Shown piece after piece: positions 38,894-51,896 of a stretch of 64,000 nt of DNA (the first letter of the stretch is position 1; each line of letters opens with the position of its first letter). Both the position numbers and the translations under genes were made by a program. The stretch is from positions 18,972,001-19,036,000 of the forward strand of contig OX597816.1 in assembly GCA_951406725.2 (NCBI GenBank), written 5' to 3'. A model generated the notes under the pieces. The model searched no databases. It was not told where the DNA came from and saw only the letters and a list, made by a program, of their open reading frames with translations. The DNA is from Octopus vulgaris (lineage: Eukaryota).

Positions 38894-39282
38894 CTGTAAT
38901 AAATACAAAAGAAAAAATAATATGTTTTTTTGTAAAAATGAATCGAAATAATATTGTTCTACTGTAGCTATATAATTAACGATGAAAAGAAGTCAAATTG
39001 AAAACAAAATTGTAAAAGAAACAAAAGAGAGGATTTAAACAATATAGAAATGAAGAATTTGAAAAGATTTTAGAAGAATAATGGACATTAATCAATAGTA
39101 CATGAACACTATTAAATAAAAGAAAACTGAAGCAGACAGAATTTAGGAAATACAATTGAAATATAGAAAAATGTATCCTATCCTGCAGTATAACATATAC
39201 TGTGCCTGTTTATCTAACAGTGAAGCTATTAGCAGCTAGAATCTTCACGGAAACGATGTAGCCTACGTAATTTTATCATTAA

Positions 39283-39686
39283 CTAGCAGTATCGCCCGGC
39301 AGTGCTCGGATTTGTTTCGACCCTTTAGAATTGGAATTTTTGAAAAGTAAAAATTGTGCGTTATGTAGCTTGTTATTCTCTTTAAGTGAACATTTTTCTG
39401 GTTGAAATGCACCGAAAAATAGCGACACAGCAGTAAAAAAAAATCGTAGAAAAAATAGGGATTTTCATAGAAAACCCCCCCACCTTTTTGATGTAAATAA
39501 TTCTTGGTTTTAGCATCGTCCGATTTGAATTTTTATTTTCTTCTAAGGAATGAAGAGCAAGCCTTGTTCTATCGCACTCTCAATGTTGGTAAATTTGCGC
39601 CGCCGGGTCTCGAAGGAGGTAGTGTTAGTTGAAGGCTACCAAACCTGCCATACACAGACAACTTCAGCTTTATATATTTAGAGAGA
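39283..39686 (-). mobile_element. Non-autonomous Helitron family Hel-1
   Basis: Minus strand a|TCtctctaaatatataaagctgaagttgtctgt...ccgagcactgccgggcgatactgCTAG|t: TC/CTAG termini, subterminal hairpin, A|T target; homologous over its length to 48229-48641. Confidence 0.85.
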
Positions 39687-39899
39687 TGTATGACTGAAAC
39701 GTGTAGATATCACTGATATTTCTAGTATTCCTAATAAGAAATATTGCTTCAGCATCAGGCTTGATTGTAAGACAAGGTATATAAAATTTACCTGTAGTTC
39801 ATTGATGGTATTCAAGGTATCAACGCATCAAACATCAAGAGAAACGTTATTCTTTCAGATTTTGATCCTTTTACCTAGAGATATATATAGCAAAATGTA

Positions 39900-40793
39900 C
39901 GAGGGGTGCCTAAAAGAAACCGGGATTTTACAATGTTATTTTATTCACTTAATTGTACATGTTTACACTTCCATCTTATTCAAAGTATTCACCATTTGAA
40001 GCAATCAGTCCAGAAGCATTTTCCACTGTTCGAAGCAGTGCTGAAAGACTTGCGAAGTGATACTTTTTTTAAGCCTCCGTCGTTTTATTTTTATTTTTTC
40101 ATCTCTTCCACATCTGCAAATTCAGTGGCAGCATTTTTCGATACCAGTGATGATCTTCGAAAAAATGTTTGGATCAACTTCCAACCGTACTTTCAGTTCA
40201 CAACACGCATTCAAGCGTGACTGCTTTTCATCTTCCTTGAGCAAGTGAGCCACGAATTTTGCTGCAACACTTTCCATTTGCAAATTTTTGTTCAAACTAT
40301 GTTGGCAGGAGCTTCAGCACACACTAGTTATACCAACATACTCGCGAATTTGCCAAGATTAGTTCATGAATTTTCATGATGTTATCATTCGTTCTGTTGG
40401 TCGATGTTCGCCCTGAACAAACGTAGTGTTTAAGCGACCATTAACCATTCATTAAGCGTGAAAGCCACTCATAAACCTCTGTTTAGCTCACGGCAGCATC
40501 CTTGCAAGCTTTTTGAAACATAACGATTGCTTCGGCCGCCGTTTTCCCCAGCAGAATACAGAATTTCTTGTATGCACTCTGTTCCTTCGTTTCAGCTATC
40601 GCAAAAATCGATGAACAGGTGAGAAGCACTGGAAAACAATGACACATCCTTGGAAGTACGACTTCACACTACAGTGCTGATCGGCAGACTGATACCCGAG
40701 GGTGTCAGCAAGTGGCTTGTAGTGGTGGAAGCCTGAACTGCCACGAGTTTGTCTCAAAGAGAACGTACACAATTACTTTTGGGTACCCTCTCA
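39900..40793 (-). mobile_element. Internally deleted mariner transposon, copy 3 (different subfamily)
   Basis: TA|cgaggggtgcctaaaag ... cttttgggtaccctctca|TA; remnants EQSAYKKFCILLGKTAAEA, VYEWLSRL, VAAKFVAHLLKEDEKQSR..DPNIFSKIITGIEK and a C-terminal piece ending FQHCFEQWK. Confidence 0.88.
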
Positions 40794-42254
40794 TACAGTA
40801 CTATTCTCTCGACACAAAATCTCATTTTATATGAAAGTCTCACTGCAATTTGTATTATTCATAATTAATGTATATTCACAGTTCCACTATTGCTAATGGT
40901 GAACTGTAAAAGCTGAGATGAACTTCACCAATATAGACATGTAATTATTTTATCCACCACGGATTCAAGAAAACATAGCATACCATCAGCAATATTTATT
41001 TGAGAACGAATACCAACATAACACTATTCGCACACTATTTCGTTTGAATGTACTGTCCTCTGTTCTCTTGAGGTGCTCTCGCAAAGAATTTCTAACAGTT
41101 GAATACAGTCACACACGCTATTAATATTGAAATTTCAAAATACGATACGTTTATCTTTGATCATTCACTACTATAATATTTATGTCTATAAATATTTAAT
41201 AGCAGTTGTACTAATACAAATACTAAAAATCCCGATGCCATTAGAGTGACATGCTGTATACTATCCTCCAAAGAGAATACAGCATTTGCTATATTATATG
41301 ACAAGCTGGTTGGCGCTTGACACATTGTTATTCGAAATGTATATAAGATATATACGGTGCTAAAAATTCTGTTTAACCCCAAGGTCATTAAACTGTAGTG
41401 AAGGAAGAACGACAAAAGTCAAATTATATATTCGATACGTCTGAGGCATTTAGTGGGCAGGAACGCAGAGGATTGTTGACAATACAATTGTATGAAAACC
41501 TCAAAATAAGTGTTGCGTCAGTTTGTAGTTCATAATTATCAGATAGATTCAGTGCTTTGTAGCAAACATTCAAATTTTATTTTGACTCAGGCCTTTGAAC
41601 ATAATATTCTCTGAGCAAAATGGCAAGTTGTAAAATCTCTCTAAGAAATCGAAGCAGTACTTGTACTGACAAGTAACATTCGTAGCCACTTTAAGATGAC
41701 TGTCCGTTCGAGTGGCCCCTACTGCAATTTCTTAACCTCGGTAGGACATCTCTAGCTGGATAGCGATGCACAGTTACATCTGATAAAATTGCAATGGGCT
41801 TATGTTTCGGGATGACCATTTTTTTGACAAAATAACCGCCTTTAGTATATGATCGTTCTTCACTTCAGTTTTTTTTTATAGTTCTTATTTTAGTCTCCTT
41901 TGTCTGAAATCTTTCGTCATACATCCCGCGACATCCTCAGTGGATATCTATACCACGTGTTTCTTCCTGTCCTGTTCAGTCCATTCAACATTTCTGTGCA
42001 TGCGGTTGCGTCTCTATCTATGTGTGAGTGTGTTTGTGTGTGAGTGTGCGTGCGCGTGTGTGTGTTTCTGCGTGCGTGTCTATGTATTTAGTATATGTGT
42101 TTCGTTGTGTGTACGTATATGGATTTGCTTCCTATACTGTTTGTACCCGTGCCCTTTGTTTAGTATTTGTTTTACATGAGTTTACTATTATCTCTCTTTT
42201 ACTCTTATCTCTGAAATCTACATATTGCTTTTTACACAACTAAAATACATTGCT

Positions 42255-42667
42255 CAGAATTTACATCATTTACATTATTTACATTTGACGAATAGTTGTC
42301 ATCACCTTGTTTGTTGTTAACAAGACGTTTCGGCTGATATACCCGCTTGGGGAAATTTCGAACCTGGGTTCTCATTCCTAAGGTATTTTTCGATGTTGTT
42401 GTTGTTATTGTTCCGGTCACTGCTTGGAATCGAACTGGGTATCTTGGGGTTAGTAGCCCGCGCTCTTCACGCTTACGTGGGCAATTATGGAGTGTATTTT
42501 AGGGCTTATGAATCTAATATTGTTCTATCCTTCCTCAATACCTGTTCCCATATGCTATTCATATCTGAACACGATCTTCTTAGGAGGTTTTTATGTTGTA
42601 GCATATGTGCTGCTTCTTTAAGTTTTAGAATTTTCCAGTGGTGTTATCTGTGTATTATTTTAAAACG
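42255..42667 (-). mobile_element. PLE 3' end: GIY-YIG domain C-terminus, tRNA-like module and partial hammerhead
   Basis: Minus strand KIIHR*HHWKILKLKEAAHMLQHKNLLRR..MNSIWEQVL..*; then gggCTACTAAccc..GTTCGATTC; then gggtatatcagccGAAACGTC. Confidence 0.7.
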
Positions 42668-42980
42668 CAGCAAGTATGTATTCAGGATATCCGTATACCG
42701 CAAGCCAACCTGTACTGGACGATACCTCAACTTCAATTCCCACCATCCATACAGTGTAAAGAGAGGGATTGCTCAGTGCCTAAAACATCGTGCAAAGAAT
42801 ATAAGTAGTGATCGTGATACACACCACGAAAAAAATTATCACGCTCAATAACGATCTATTAAGCAACAACTGCCCCAAAAGTATACTACCCACTCCAACT
42901 ATGAAGAAGAGAGAGAATGAAGCCAATAAACTATCCGCAGTCTGTCTACCTTATGTGAAAGGCCTCTCCGGAAAGATACA
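42668..42980 (+). pseudogene. PLE RT thumb/linker fragment, inverted relative to the adjacent 3' end
   Basis: ISVYRKPTCTGRYLNFNSHHPYSVKRGIAQCLKHRAKNISSD...LLSNNCPKSIL...VCLPYVKGLSGKI. Confidence 0.9.
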
Positions 42981-45344
42981 TCTATGTCTATCTAAAGAAA
43001 CCGCGATCAGGTGTGGAAAACATTTGTCAATTCTTTATAGGATGGATATATGTATCTCAATATGTCGAATTGAACTACAAATTCATTAGAAGTTGATATT
43101 CAAATTGCAAGTACACTGAAGAATGGAGAGTAGAACCGGTTACAGACTTCAAATTAGCACATGAAAGAGAGAATCAGAAAAGAAAAACAAAATTCATGCA
43201 ACAGAAAATTAAAAGAAAACTTGTACTGTGTAATAGTCATGAAACCAATAATAATTTTCTTATATATAGCATACATAACCAAAGAGCGCATATGTATATA
43301 TGTATGTATATATGCATGTATGTCTGTATGTATGTATGTTTGTATTTAAGTATGTATATATGTGTGTGTGTGTGTATGTATATTCATGTGTGAGAGTATT
43401 TGTTTGGGTGTATGGTAATAGGTGTATACCAGTGAGTATATGCGCGCGCGCGCGCGCGTGTGTGCATGAGCATAAGACTGAAGAGGGAAAATGTCCCATA
43501 AAAAGTAAAGTCTTAATGCCGCTCGCTTCTAATATTCCCTACACTTTCCGCTTAATCAAATCATGCGTTTACTCCATATGAAGATGAGATAAACAGCAAT
43601 TGAATGCCATGAAGAAAGGTATGACAAAGGAAGGTATCTATCCACGATATAAAGAACCCAATTAATACCTATCCTAAGAGATATTCTAGCTGGTAACATT
43701 CTACTTCAAGTTTCTTTCTTATGATGATCACGCTGAATCATATTCGATGGACAGTCACTGTTACTTTTCACCTTAATTCTTAATTAATATTTCTATGTTA
43801 AAATAACATTAATTAATTAATACACAGCGTGCTAATACACGTCGGATAACGCCGACGTTTATTATGAATATGTGATAATAATTATAATGATATTAGTTTC
43901 TGTAAACAGAATGTAACTGTGTACATTTGCTTCTACTTTGCAGGGTACCAAGCCAGCTTAGTTACAAAAGTGGTGATGGGTAGAAAATGTGTTTGCGAAT
44001 GATCTTTTTTTCTATCAGTGGAATTTTAGATAAACCATAATTAAAATTTTACTGAACGGCAATGAAAATGTGTTTCATGTCTGCGCATATCTTTGTTCTG
44101 TCCTGTGTATTATAATGATTTAGAAATTCTCATTAACAAGCAATGCGTGTCTCCTTTGTTTGTTAAACCTTATCAAACTCAGACTGCATTGGAGCCGATA
44201 TTTGACATCGCCCAAAGCACAAAGCAAACATTAGTTGGAGAATTTTTACTGATTCAATCTTCAAAGAATTATTCTTGGATTTTGTGCTTCATTATATATG
44301 CATCATATCTGATGTGAGAAAGAAAGGAACATTTTCACTACAAAGATTTTAAACCACATTGCAATAAAAAGCAGGGATCATAAACATACGCATGAAATGC
44401 GTAAAAGAGAACTGAAGTTGCAGTTAATACTTGCTTTCAATTTCGTGTAAAATACTCAAATAGACGCAATGAAAGATTTTATAGCTTCAGCAAAACATTT
44501 TCAAACAGTAAAGGTTTATTTTTGAAAACACATCGATGAATATATTATTGGCTTATTTACAGCTTCATATTGACATTTCAGCTGTATTTCCAAAATAACG
44601 ATACGATGTTTTGAGCAAGTTGAATATATAACCCCTTGATATTTTTCTTTATATTCCGCCTGTGTTTACCGTCGTAGAAGTATATCATAGCAATACTTAT
44701 AGAGAGTTATAAGCTAATGTATATGCAAGTCTTGAACAGGAAGACAGAAATACATATTCGAATATACAGTTATAGGTACAACAAAACATATGAATCTTGG
44801 CCGAAAGTTTAATGCACAGAAGGTGTACACACGTGTTCACGCTGGAGCTTATATGACATACATTGAGTGACAGATATAATAAATTCTATATTGCTATGCA
44901 GTAGAATAAAAGAGGCTGTATTCCATGAAATCATGGACAAAGCATACCCTGATCGTCCTTCTATCTCTATATGTACTGCAAATGATGTCCAGTGATAGCA
45001 AATTAAATAACGTGTAAGAGAAGGGGTATGTCTGAGTGTGTTTTCGATGCTATTACGTGGAGTTATATCAATCCTTTTAGTTACAAGCATGCATGTTTGT
45101 CATTGCAACATATCTCAGTAAGAACTGACACAGATACCAAGTACGATGGTTACAATTTCTTTGCTAGTTCCCATTAATGTCTTCCTTATAAAATCGTAAA
45201 CTTAGTTAACTGTGAATGAAATAAATTTTCTGTCAGTAAATATAATTGTCGCAACAAAAGCCGAAACTACTTTCCACGAGAGGGAACTTTTGCTTTCTTT
45301 GAATCTGTTCCTTATTTGCATTTATTATTTCTGTTGATTATAAT

Positions 45345-45516
45345 GGCGTAGGGGCGGCTGGGTAGTAAGAAGCTTGCTTCCCAACCGCATGGTTCTGGGT
45401 TCAGTCCCACTATGTCAGAGCTTGGACATGTATCTTCTACTATAGACTCGGACCGACTAAAAAGCCATATTAGTGTATTTGGTGGACGAAAATTGGAAGA
45501 AACCCGTCATATATAT
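45345..45516 (+). mobile_element. SINE family B 5' half
   Basis: ggcgtaggggcggctgggtagtaagaagcttgcttcccaaccgcatggttctgggttcagtcccac... Confidence 0.8.
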
Positions 45517-45529
45517 GTAAAAGATAACA

Positions 45530-45750
45530 AGCGACGAGGTGGCAGAATCGCTAGCACACTGAGCGAAATGCTTCGCGACATTTCGTCCGTCTTTACGTTC
45601 TGAGTTCAAATTCTGCCGAGGTCGAATTTGCCTTTCATCATTTCTGGGTCGATGAAATATGTACCAGTTATGCACTGGGGGCGATGTAATAGACTCACCC
45701 ACTCCCGCTAAACTTTCAGGCCATGTGCCAATAGTTGAAGGGACTGTTTT
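45530..45750 (+). mobile_element. SINE family A
   Basis: tggcagaatcgctagcac...gttctgagttcaaattctgccgaggtcga...tttcaggcc. Confidence 0.85.
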
Positions 45751-45799
45751 TGTTGATTATAAAGCGACGTGCTTCTCGAATATTTACCACGTGGGACAA

Positions 45800-46525
45800 C
45801 ATACTTAGATGCATTTAAACCGACGAGCTGCTGAAAAGTGTCTCTTACAAACGGTGACCAAATCTGGTCAAGGAAATGTTGGAGATGCCGCAGCCTGAGC
45901 AAATGTCTGCGCATCAGTAACCACGGCATGCCCCATCCATTCAGCGGCTGTTGTCAGTAGATGGAGCGCCTGACTAGTGGAAAGCGGAAGATTAAGCGCA
46001 CCAGCATGGTTAACCAGGAAACAAGGCAAAGGACGACAGTCAAGCGGTAGTAGATGACGGTTGCGATGTAAGCATTTGTCATCTCCGCTCGACCTTTCAG
46101 GGGCAGCTTCCTCTCGGCCCATTTCTGGGTGAGATTAGCTAACCTGCTCGTCACCTCGTCCTAGGATTTCTCCACCTGGAAGTCCGGACTAAACCAGACC
46201 CCCGGCAACTTAACAGGACCGTCTGTCCAGCGCCCCACGACGCTGTTGGACGGCATGGACTTACCTCTCCAAGTACTGAGTTAACTTTTGCTCCTGTCAC
46301 CGCTTCATATTCTTGTAGTGTTTCGCCAATCAGGCCTATATGCCTGTGACTCGACACTATAACGGTGACATAATCAGCATAAGTAGACACGCTTCTCCCA
46401 TATCCTAGATCACACGGGGCACACCTCAAAACCTCCAGATTCCGCAATAATGGCTCAAGATACAGTACATAAAGAAGGAATGAGATAGGGCAATTCACCT
46501 GAACAGTACCGACAGGTGACCGTTC
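45800..46525 (-). pseudogene. L1/Tx1-clade LINE reverse transcriptase fragment
   Basis: TVQVNCPISFLLYVLYLEPLL..VSTYADYVTV..YEAVTGAKVN..KWAERKLPLKGRAEMTNAYIATVIYYRL..GMPWLLMR; degenerate QGCPLSP and YADD motifs. Confidence 0.88.
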
Positions 46526-46664
46526 ACTCGAACAGCTGTCTTTTTCTTTTCGCCTGTTATAAAATTGAAACTTAAAGATTGATGATGTAATTTCATCAAT
46601 GTGTGGACGCTGGTTGCTGTCGCTCATTATTTAAAATTAAATTTAAATTTTATGACGTTTTATT

Positions 46665-46707
46665 TTGAACTTGACAACGACGGGCTGACTGTCGAAATAG
46701 CGTTGAA
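46665..46707 (+). ncRNA. Degenerate minimal hammerhead motif with U3:A8 core (UUGACAA)
   Basis: ttgaac TTGACAA c GACGG gctga CTGTC GAAA tagc gttgaa; stem I 5/6, stem II 5 bp; cleavage-site U absent. Confidence 0.4.
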
Positions 46708-46801
46708 CAAATAAAATATCTACTACAATTGAATCGCGCTCTTCGTCTTGTCTGCTTACCCTTGGGAAGTCTTACGTTAATCCTTTTAAAATATATTAAT
46801 G

Positions 46802-46846
<45 letters not shown>

Positions 46847-47102
46847 GTTTTACTAATAACTTGAACATTTTTGTAAAGCAAAATAAATTTCCATAAATTT
46901 ATAATGTAAAATCATATTAGAAAAATAAATCAATTTAAGTTTATTTCATGCCACAATAACAATTATTTTACTAGTTGAAAAGTATTTTTATTTATTATCA
47001 ATTTAATAATCCACAATGTAAACAAGTTGTTTGTTGATTTTTTTAAACGAGCTAGCGCATTCTATCTTGTGTCAAATATATATTGGAACAAATTAGAATA
47101 TT

Positions 47103-47322
47103 CTTTTCTACTCTAGGAACAAGTCCCGACGTTTTTGAGGAGGGGGTCAGTCCAGTCGATTAGATCGACCCCAGCACGCAACTAGTACATAATATATTGA
47201 CTCCGAAAGGATGAAAGGCAAAGTAGACCTCGGCGGAATTTGAACACAGAACGTAAAGACAGACGAAATGAGGCTACGCATCTCGCCCGGCGTGCTAAGG
47301 TTTCTGCCAGCTCGCTGCCATT
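47103..47322 (-). mobile_element. SINE family A with 20 bp TSD
   Basis: TSD ttggaacaa(a/g)ttagaatatt at 47083-47102 and 47323-47342. Confidence 0.92.
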
Positions 47323-48228
47323 TTGGAACAAGTTAGAATATTGTGATAAACCTAAGAAAAATCTTTTCATTATTTTATTACGTTCAGAGTTAACGTTACA
47401 GATTTTCCGACTCAGTGATGTTGGGGTGTTGGAAATTTAGATTACAACAGGTTCTTGAACACGACAACACATTTTCAAATGTAGGATAGCCAGTCGATAA
47501 TCGTAGATGTCTCAGTTTGTGACTCGAGTAATAACAGTCAGGTCAGCTCTTGATAGACAATGAAAACAAATCAATCAATAATGAAGGAGTTTGCAAATAT
47601 TTCGCCGATTGCAGGTTATGCATTAGATCCTCTCGATTCTCACCGGATCGACCCATCACCGTTAATGAGAAAGGAATGCTTCAAGATTCCTGATCTGAAA
47701 TCATGTGTTGAAACAGGTATTGTCAGAGAATGAATCATCCTAACAGAACAAGAGGAGACACGTGTAGTGTCCGGTCATTGGAGAGGTCACAGGATGTGTG
47801 ATGAAAGTTTTAAGACGAATAACACTAAAATAAGAATAACAATAAAAGTGGAGTAAAGACATCATATATAGTGCATATTGTTAACTGGCAAAAATATGAC
47901 CATCTCCAAATATAATAATAATAATAATAATAATATATATACATATTGTTATTCGTATATACTTCAGGCTCCACGCGCACAATTATGAATGCATCCTCAG
48001 GCGTCGTTAACACATAATGATTATTTCATTAAATCTCCTCCAAAACGGTATATAACTATTTACATATTAACAAATGAATGTTGAAAATGGGACTGAACTA
48101 CGTAGTCCAATACACATTCTACCTTAAATGGTCTATATAATGCGGGTAATACTATCTGAATGGGGAGCAATATTTTAAAAAATTTACTTGACATGTCTGT
48201 TCGTAGAAATCCAGATAGATCTCCGTCT

Positions 48229-48641
48229 TCTATATATATCAAACTGAAGTTGTCTGTGTGTGGCAGGTTTGGTAGCCTTCAACTAACACTATCTCCTCCG
48301 AGACCTTGCGGCGCAAGTTAACCAAAATTGAGAGTATGATAGAAGAAGGCTTGCACTTCATTCCGTAAAAAATAAAATCCAAATCGGACCATGTTAAAAC
48401 CAAAATTTATTTATATCAAAAATCTCTATCAAAAATTGTACATTTACATCAAGAAGGTGTAAAAACTCCGTAGTTTTTACGAATTTTCTACTGCTGTGTC
48501 GCAATTTTCGGTGTATTTCAACCAGAAAAATTATCACTTAAAGAGAATAACAAGCTACATAATACGAAATTTTTACTTTTCAAAATTTCCAATTCTAAAA
48601 GGTAGAAAAAATCCCCAACCATCGCCGGGCGATACTGTTAG
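48229..48641 (+). mobile_element. Non-autonomous Helitron family Hel-1, second copy
   Basis: TCtatatatatcaaactgaagttgtctgt...cgccgggcgatactgTTAG|t; homologous to 39283-39686. Confidence 0.85.
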
Positions 48642-49535
48642 TATTATTTAAAACGTAGGTTCTAAAATAACGAATAACTAGTAAGTTTGTAATTTAGCAT
48701 TACAACTTACACTGACGAAATCTGCATGATGCAACTATTAGTGAGATGCAAATAAATATATAGATATAAATCCTAATATTCCAAATTCTATATTTGCGAC
48801 TTTCTGTATCATCAGCTGGGTTCTATTTAAAACATCATAGCTCATATATTAATCTATATTCTTTTTATGCCAGCGGAAAAATTCCCAGTTAAGTCATAAT
48901 AATTACCAAATATTATTATGTTACAAGAGACATTAAACCACATTAGAAAGTAGAAAATATTGCAACGATACGCATATTTCTTAAACTGCAGACATAGGCA
49001 ATCGATACAGTTTAAAATGTTAAAACATAAAACGCCAGCATGGTAGATCGTTGAGACATATTTCTTGATTAATATTTAACCTTCTCTAAGCATATATTCT
49101 AAAATTGAACAGTTTACGCTGAATTGCTTCCTTTATAGCTTTATATAGTAAAACTATAAATCAAAATATTACAAAATAAGGCATATCCGTAATCAAGAAA
49201 TAAACTCACATCATTTTTACGAATATTTGTGTATTATTTTCTATTGAAATTGCTTTCAAAACATTCTGAAAAATAGATATTCTAGGTTGTTTTATGCTTT
49301 CAGATACACATTAACGGAATAGATTAGGTACTTTATTATTACTTATTGTATAAGAATAATACGAAAGAAAATACACATGGCATTAAGACATTTTGGGCTT
49401 CATGAAAATTATTGCTCTCCTCTTTGCAATACTAGTCTATACTCGCTTAAAACGTCGTTATAAAACATGTATATTCATTTCTATACACACATACACACAC
49501 ACACACACACATGCATCCACACGCACATTCTCATT

Positions 49536-49617
49536 CGCCATGATAGATGGCTAGCCACTACACATTCATTATTTTCTCTCCTTGTTTCTTTTTTGTTTTC
49601 TGTGGAAGAGCGTAGGC
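49536..49617 (+). mobile_element. H1 unit copy 4, truncated inside the hammerhead (core CUGUGGA)
   Basis: cgccatgatagatggctagccactacacat...ttttCTGTGGAaGAGCgtaggc. Confidence 0.75.
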
Positions 49618-49835
49618 CTTCTTTCATTACACAAAAGTAGCAGCCTCACTACACTACAAGATAGGACCACTTCTCCAAAAGGATGGCTCCCTCAGAGACA
49701 GTCCAACTAAGATTAGTGAGATACTGAATGACCAGTTCAAAAGTGTCTTTACAACCCCGTTGGAACACAGACAAGTGAACGAACTAGTAGACTTCTTTGC
49801 CGCCTCACCTATAACCAGAAAGAGCAGATACAAAC
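49618..49835 (+). pseudogene. CR1-type LINE ORF2 linker fragment
   Basis: FFHYTKVAASLHYKIGPLLQKDGSLRDSPTKISEILNDQFKSVFTTP matches the IGPL..DG..AE.LN..F.SVFT pattern between endonuclease and RT. Confidence 0.75.
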
Positions 49836-49996
49836 TCTCAAACACACTAACATGTATTGAACACAGTATTCATAAGTCTATGACATAAACCTCTGATCAC
49901 AATATGCGATCAGAGATGAAGATATTGTGAACCACAGAAAAAGTTAATAGCAAATATATTCCTTGAGTGTATACATATAAATGTATATATACATTC

Positions 49997-50028
<32 letters not shown>

Positions 50029-50037
50029 ATGTATATA

Positions 50038-50255
50038 GTGGAGGCACATGACCTAGTTGTTAGAGCAGCGGACTCGCGGTCGAGGGATCGCGGTTTCGCA
50101 TCTCAGGCCGGGCGATGTGTGTGTTCATGCGCGAAACACCTAAGCTCTACGCGGCTCCGGGAGAAGGTAATGACACAAAAACACGAGCCATTAAATAGTA
50201 TGACCAAAAAACAAGCCCTATGAGCCAGGCGTGGCTCGAGAAGGAACAAACAACA
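50038..50255 (+). mobile_element. SINE family C, shorter copy
   Basis: tggaggcacatgacctagttgttagagcagcggactcgcggtcgagggatcgcggtttcg... matches the 8831 head. Confidence 0.8.
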
Positions 50256-50325
50256 CCAGCAATATATGTATATATAAATATATACACATATATATGTAAG
50301 TATGCATGCACAAACACACACAAAC

Positions 50326-50405
<80 letters not shown>

Positions 50406-51679
50406 ATATAGCGAAAGGTAATGCCTCTTTGCGTGTGTGTGTGATTGCGTGTGAGCATGTATGGAGAAATAAACACAAGTAATCCGTAAATTGTCCGTGA
50501 ATAATATTTTACATCTGATTAGTCACTGCAATACGTAAGATAAATACTAGAAACAAACAAACGAACGCAGCCATTCAATTTTATGACACTTTCTATCATT
50601 CTTCCCTCGACATTGGGTCGCATTACAGCTTTGGTTATATAGGGGTGCCACAATATAAATATGGATGTCCACAAGCATTCGGCAATATCGTGGAAGCCTA
50701 CAAACTAAAAAAAATATCATAACGAAATCAAAATGGTAAATGGATGAATATTATTGTTCCTAGAGATGGATTAGGGCACAAATCTAGTGTTAGCTCACGA
50801 ATCATTAAGGTATTAACTTGTAATGTTGTTCCTTTGAGAGCCTATAAAAGAGAGAAAAAATATAAAAATAAAGAAAAATGTGTAAAATGGGAATATAATA
50901 CGTAGCGTATAATTATTGTAATAGTAGGTCTTTCAGTTATATAGGGAGCTTTGTGGGTAGTTTACATTGTTGTAGAAACAGTTTCTGAGGTCTCTTGATA
51001 TAAAGTTGTCATTGTAATTACAAGTGACGTTATTCCTGCATTTATTGCCTTTAATGTTTATATTAACGTAGCTACATAAAGCACATTTCCTCAGAGAGTA
51101 GCCCCAGATTCTAATATTGATGAAAATAGAGTTACAACGCACAATGGTCTGCATTAAAACGTACTGTAGAAATCCTTTGAAGAAATTGTCATTGCAAGAC
51201 GAAATTCATTGAATTCCTTTCAGTCATGCAATATTATATTAAAAGGAAACTATTTTGACATGCCGTGTGTCAAAGAAACTGAACGTTGATATAATCTGCG
51301 CTTGGTCAGATTGGGAATGGTCAATAATGCATTATGGGAAGGGGAATAATAACAATTTTCTTTTCTCATAGCTACAATTCTATAATTATAGAGTGTACAA
51401 AAGCTTTCTGGTTACCAAAAGAATATCTGAAAGAAATAATGATATTAATGTTCTTTTGGCAATAACGATGTGACTTGCGGAATATTCTTTCGCTCACATA
51501 CACATAGATACGCATACGCACACATAAATCTCGAAAGGCAGGCACACGGACGCATATCATGCGGGAGTATATATGCATATATACGTGTGTGCATATGTGT
51601 ATACATATATATTTATTGAGCATAGATATATGTATATATTTATGTATACAAATATATGTTTAGAAATCTTAGTGTGTAG

Positions 51680-51741
<62 letters not shown>

Positions 51742-51852
51742 ATAAAGAGAGAGAGATGTAGATAGATATATAAAAATATATACGTGTATATATATATATA
51801 TACATATATATAAAGACAGATAGAGATGTAGATAGATATATAAAATATATAC

Positions 51853-51896
<44 letters not shown>

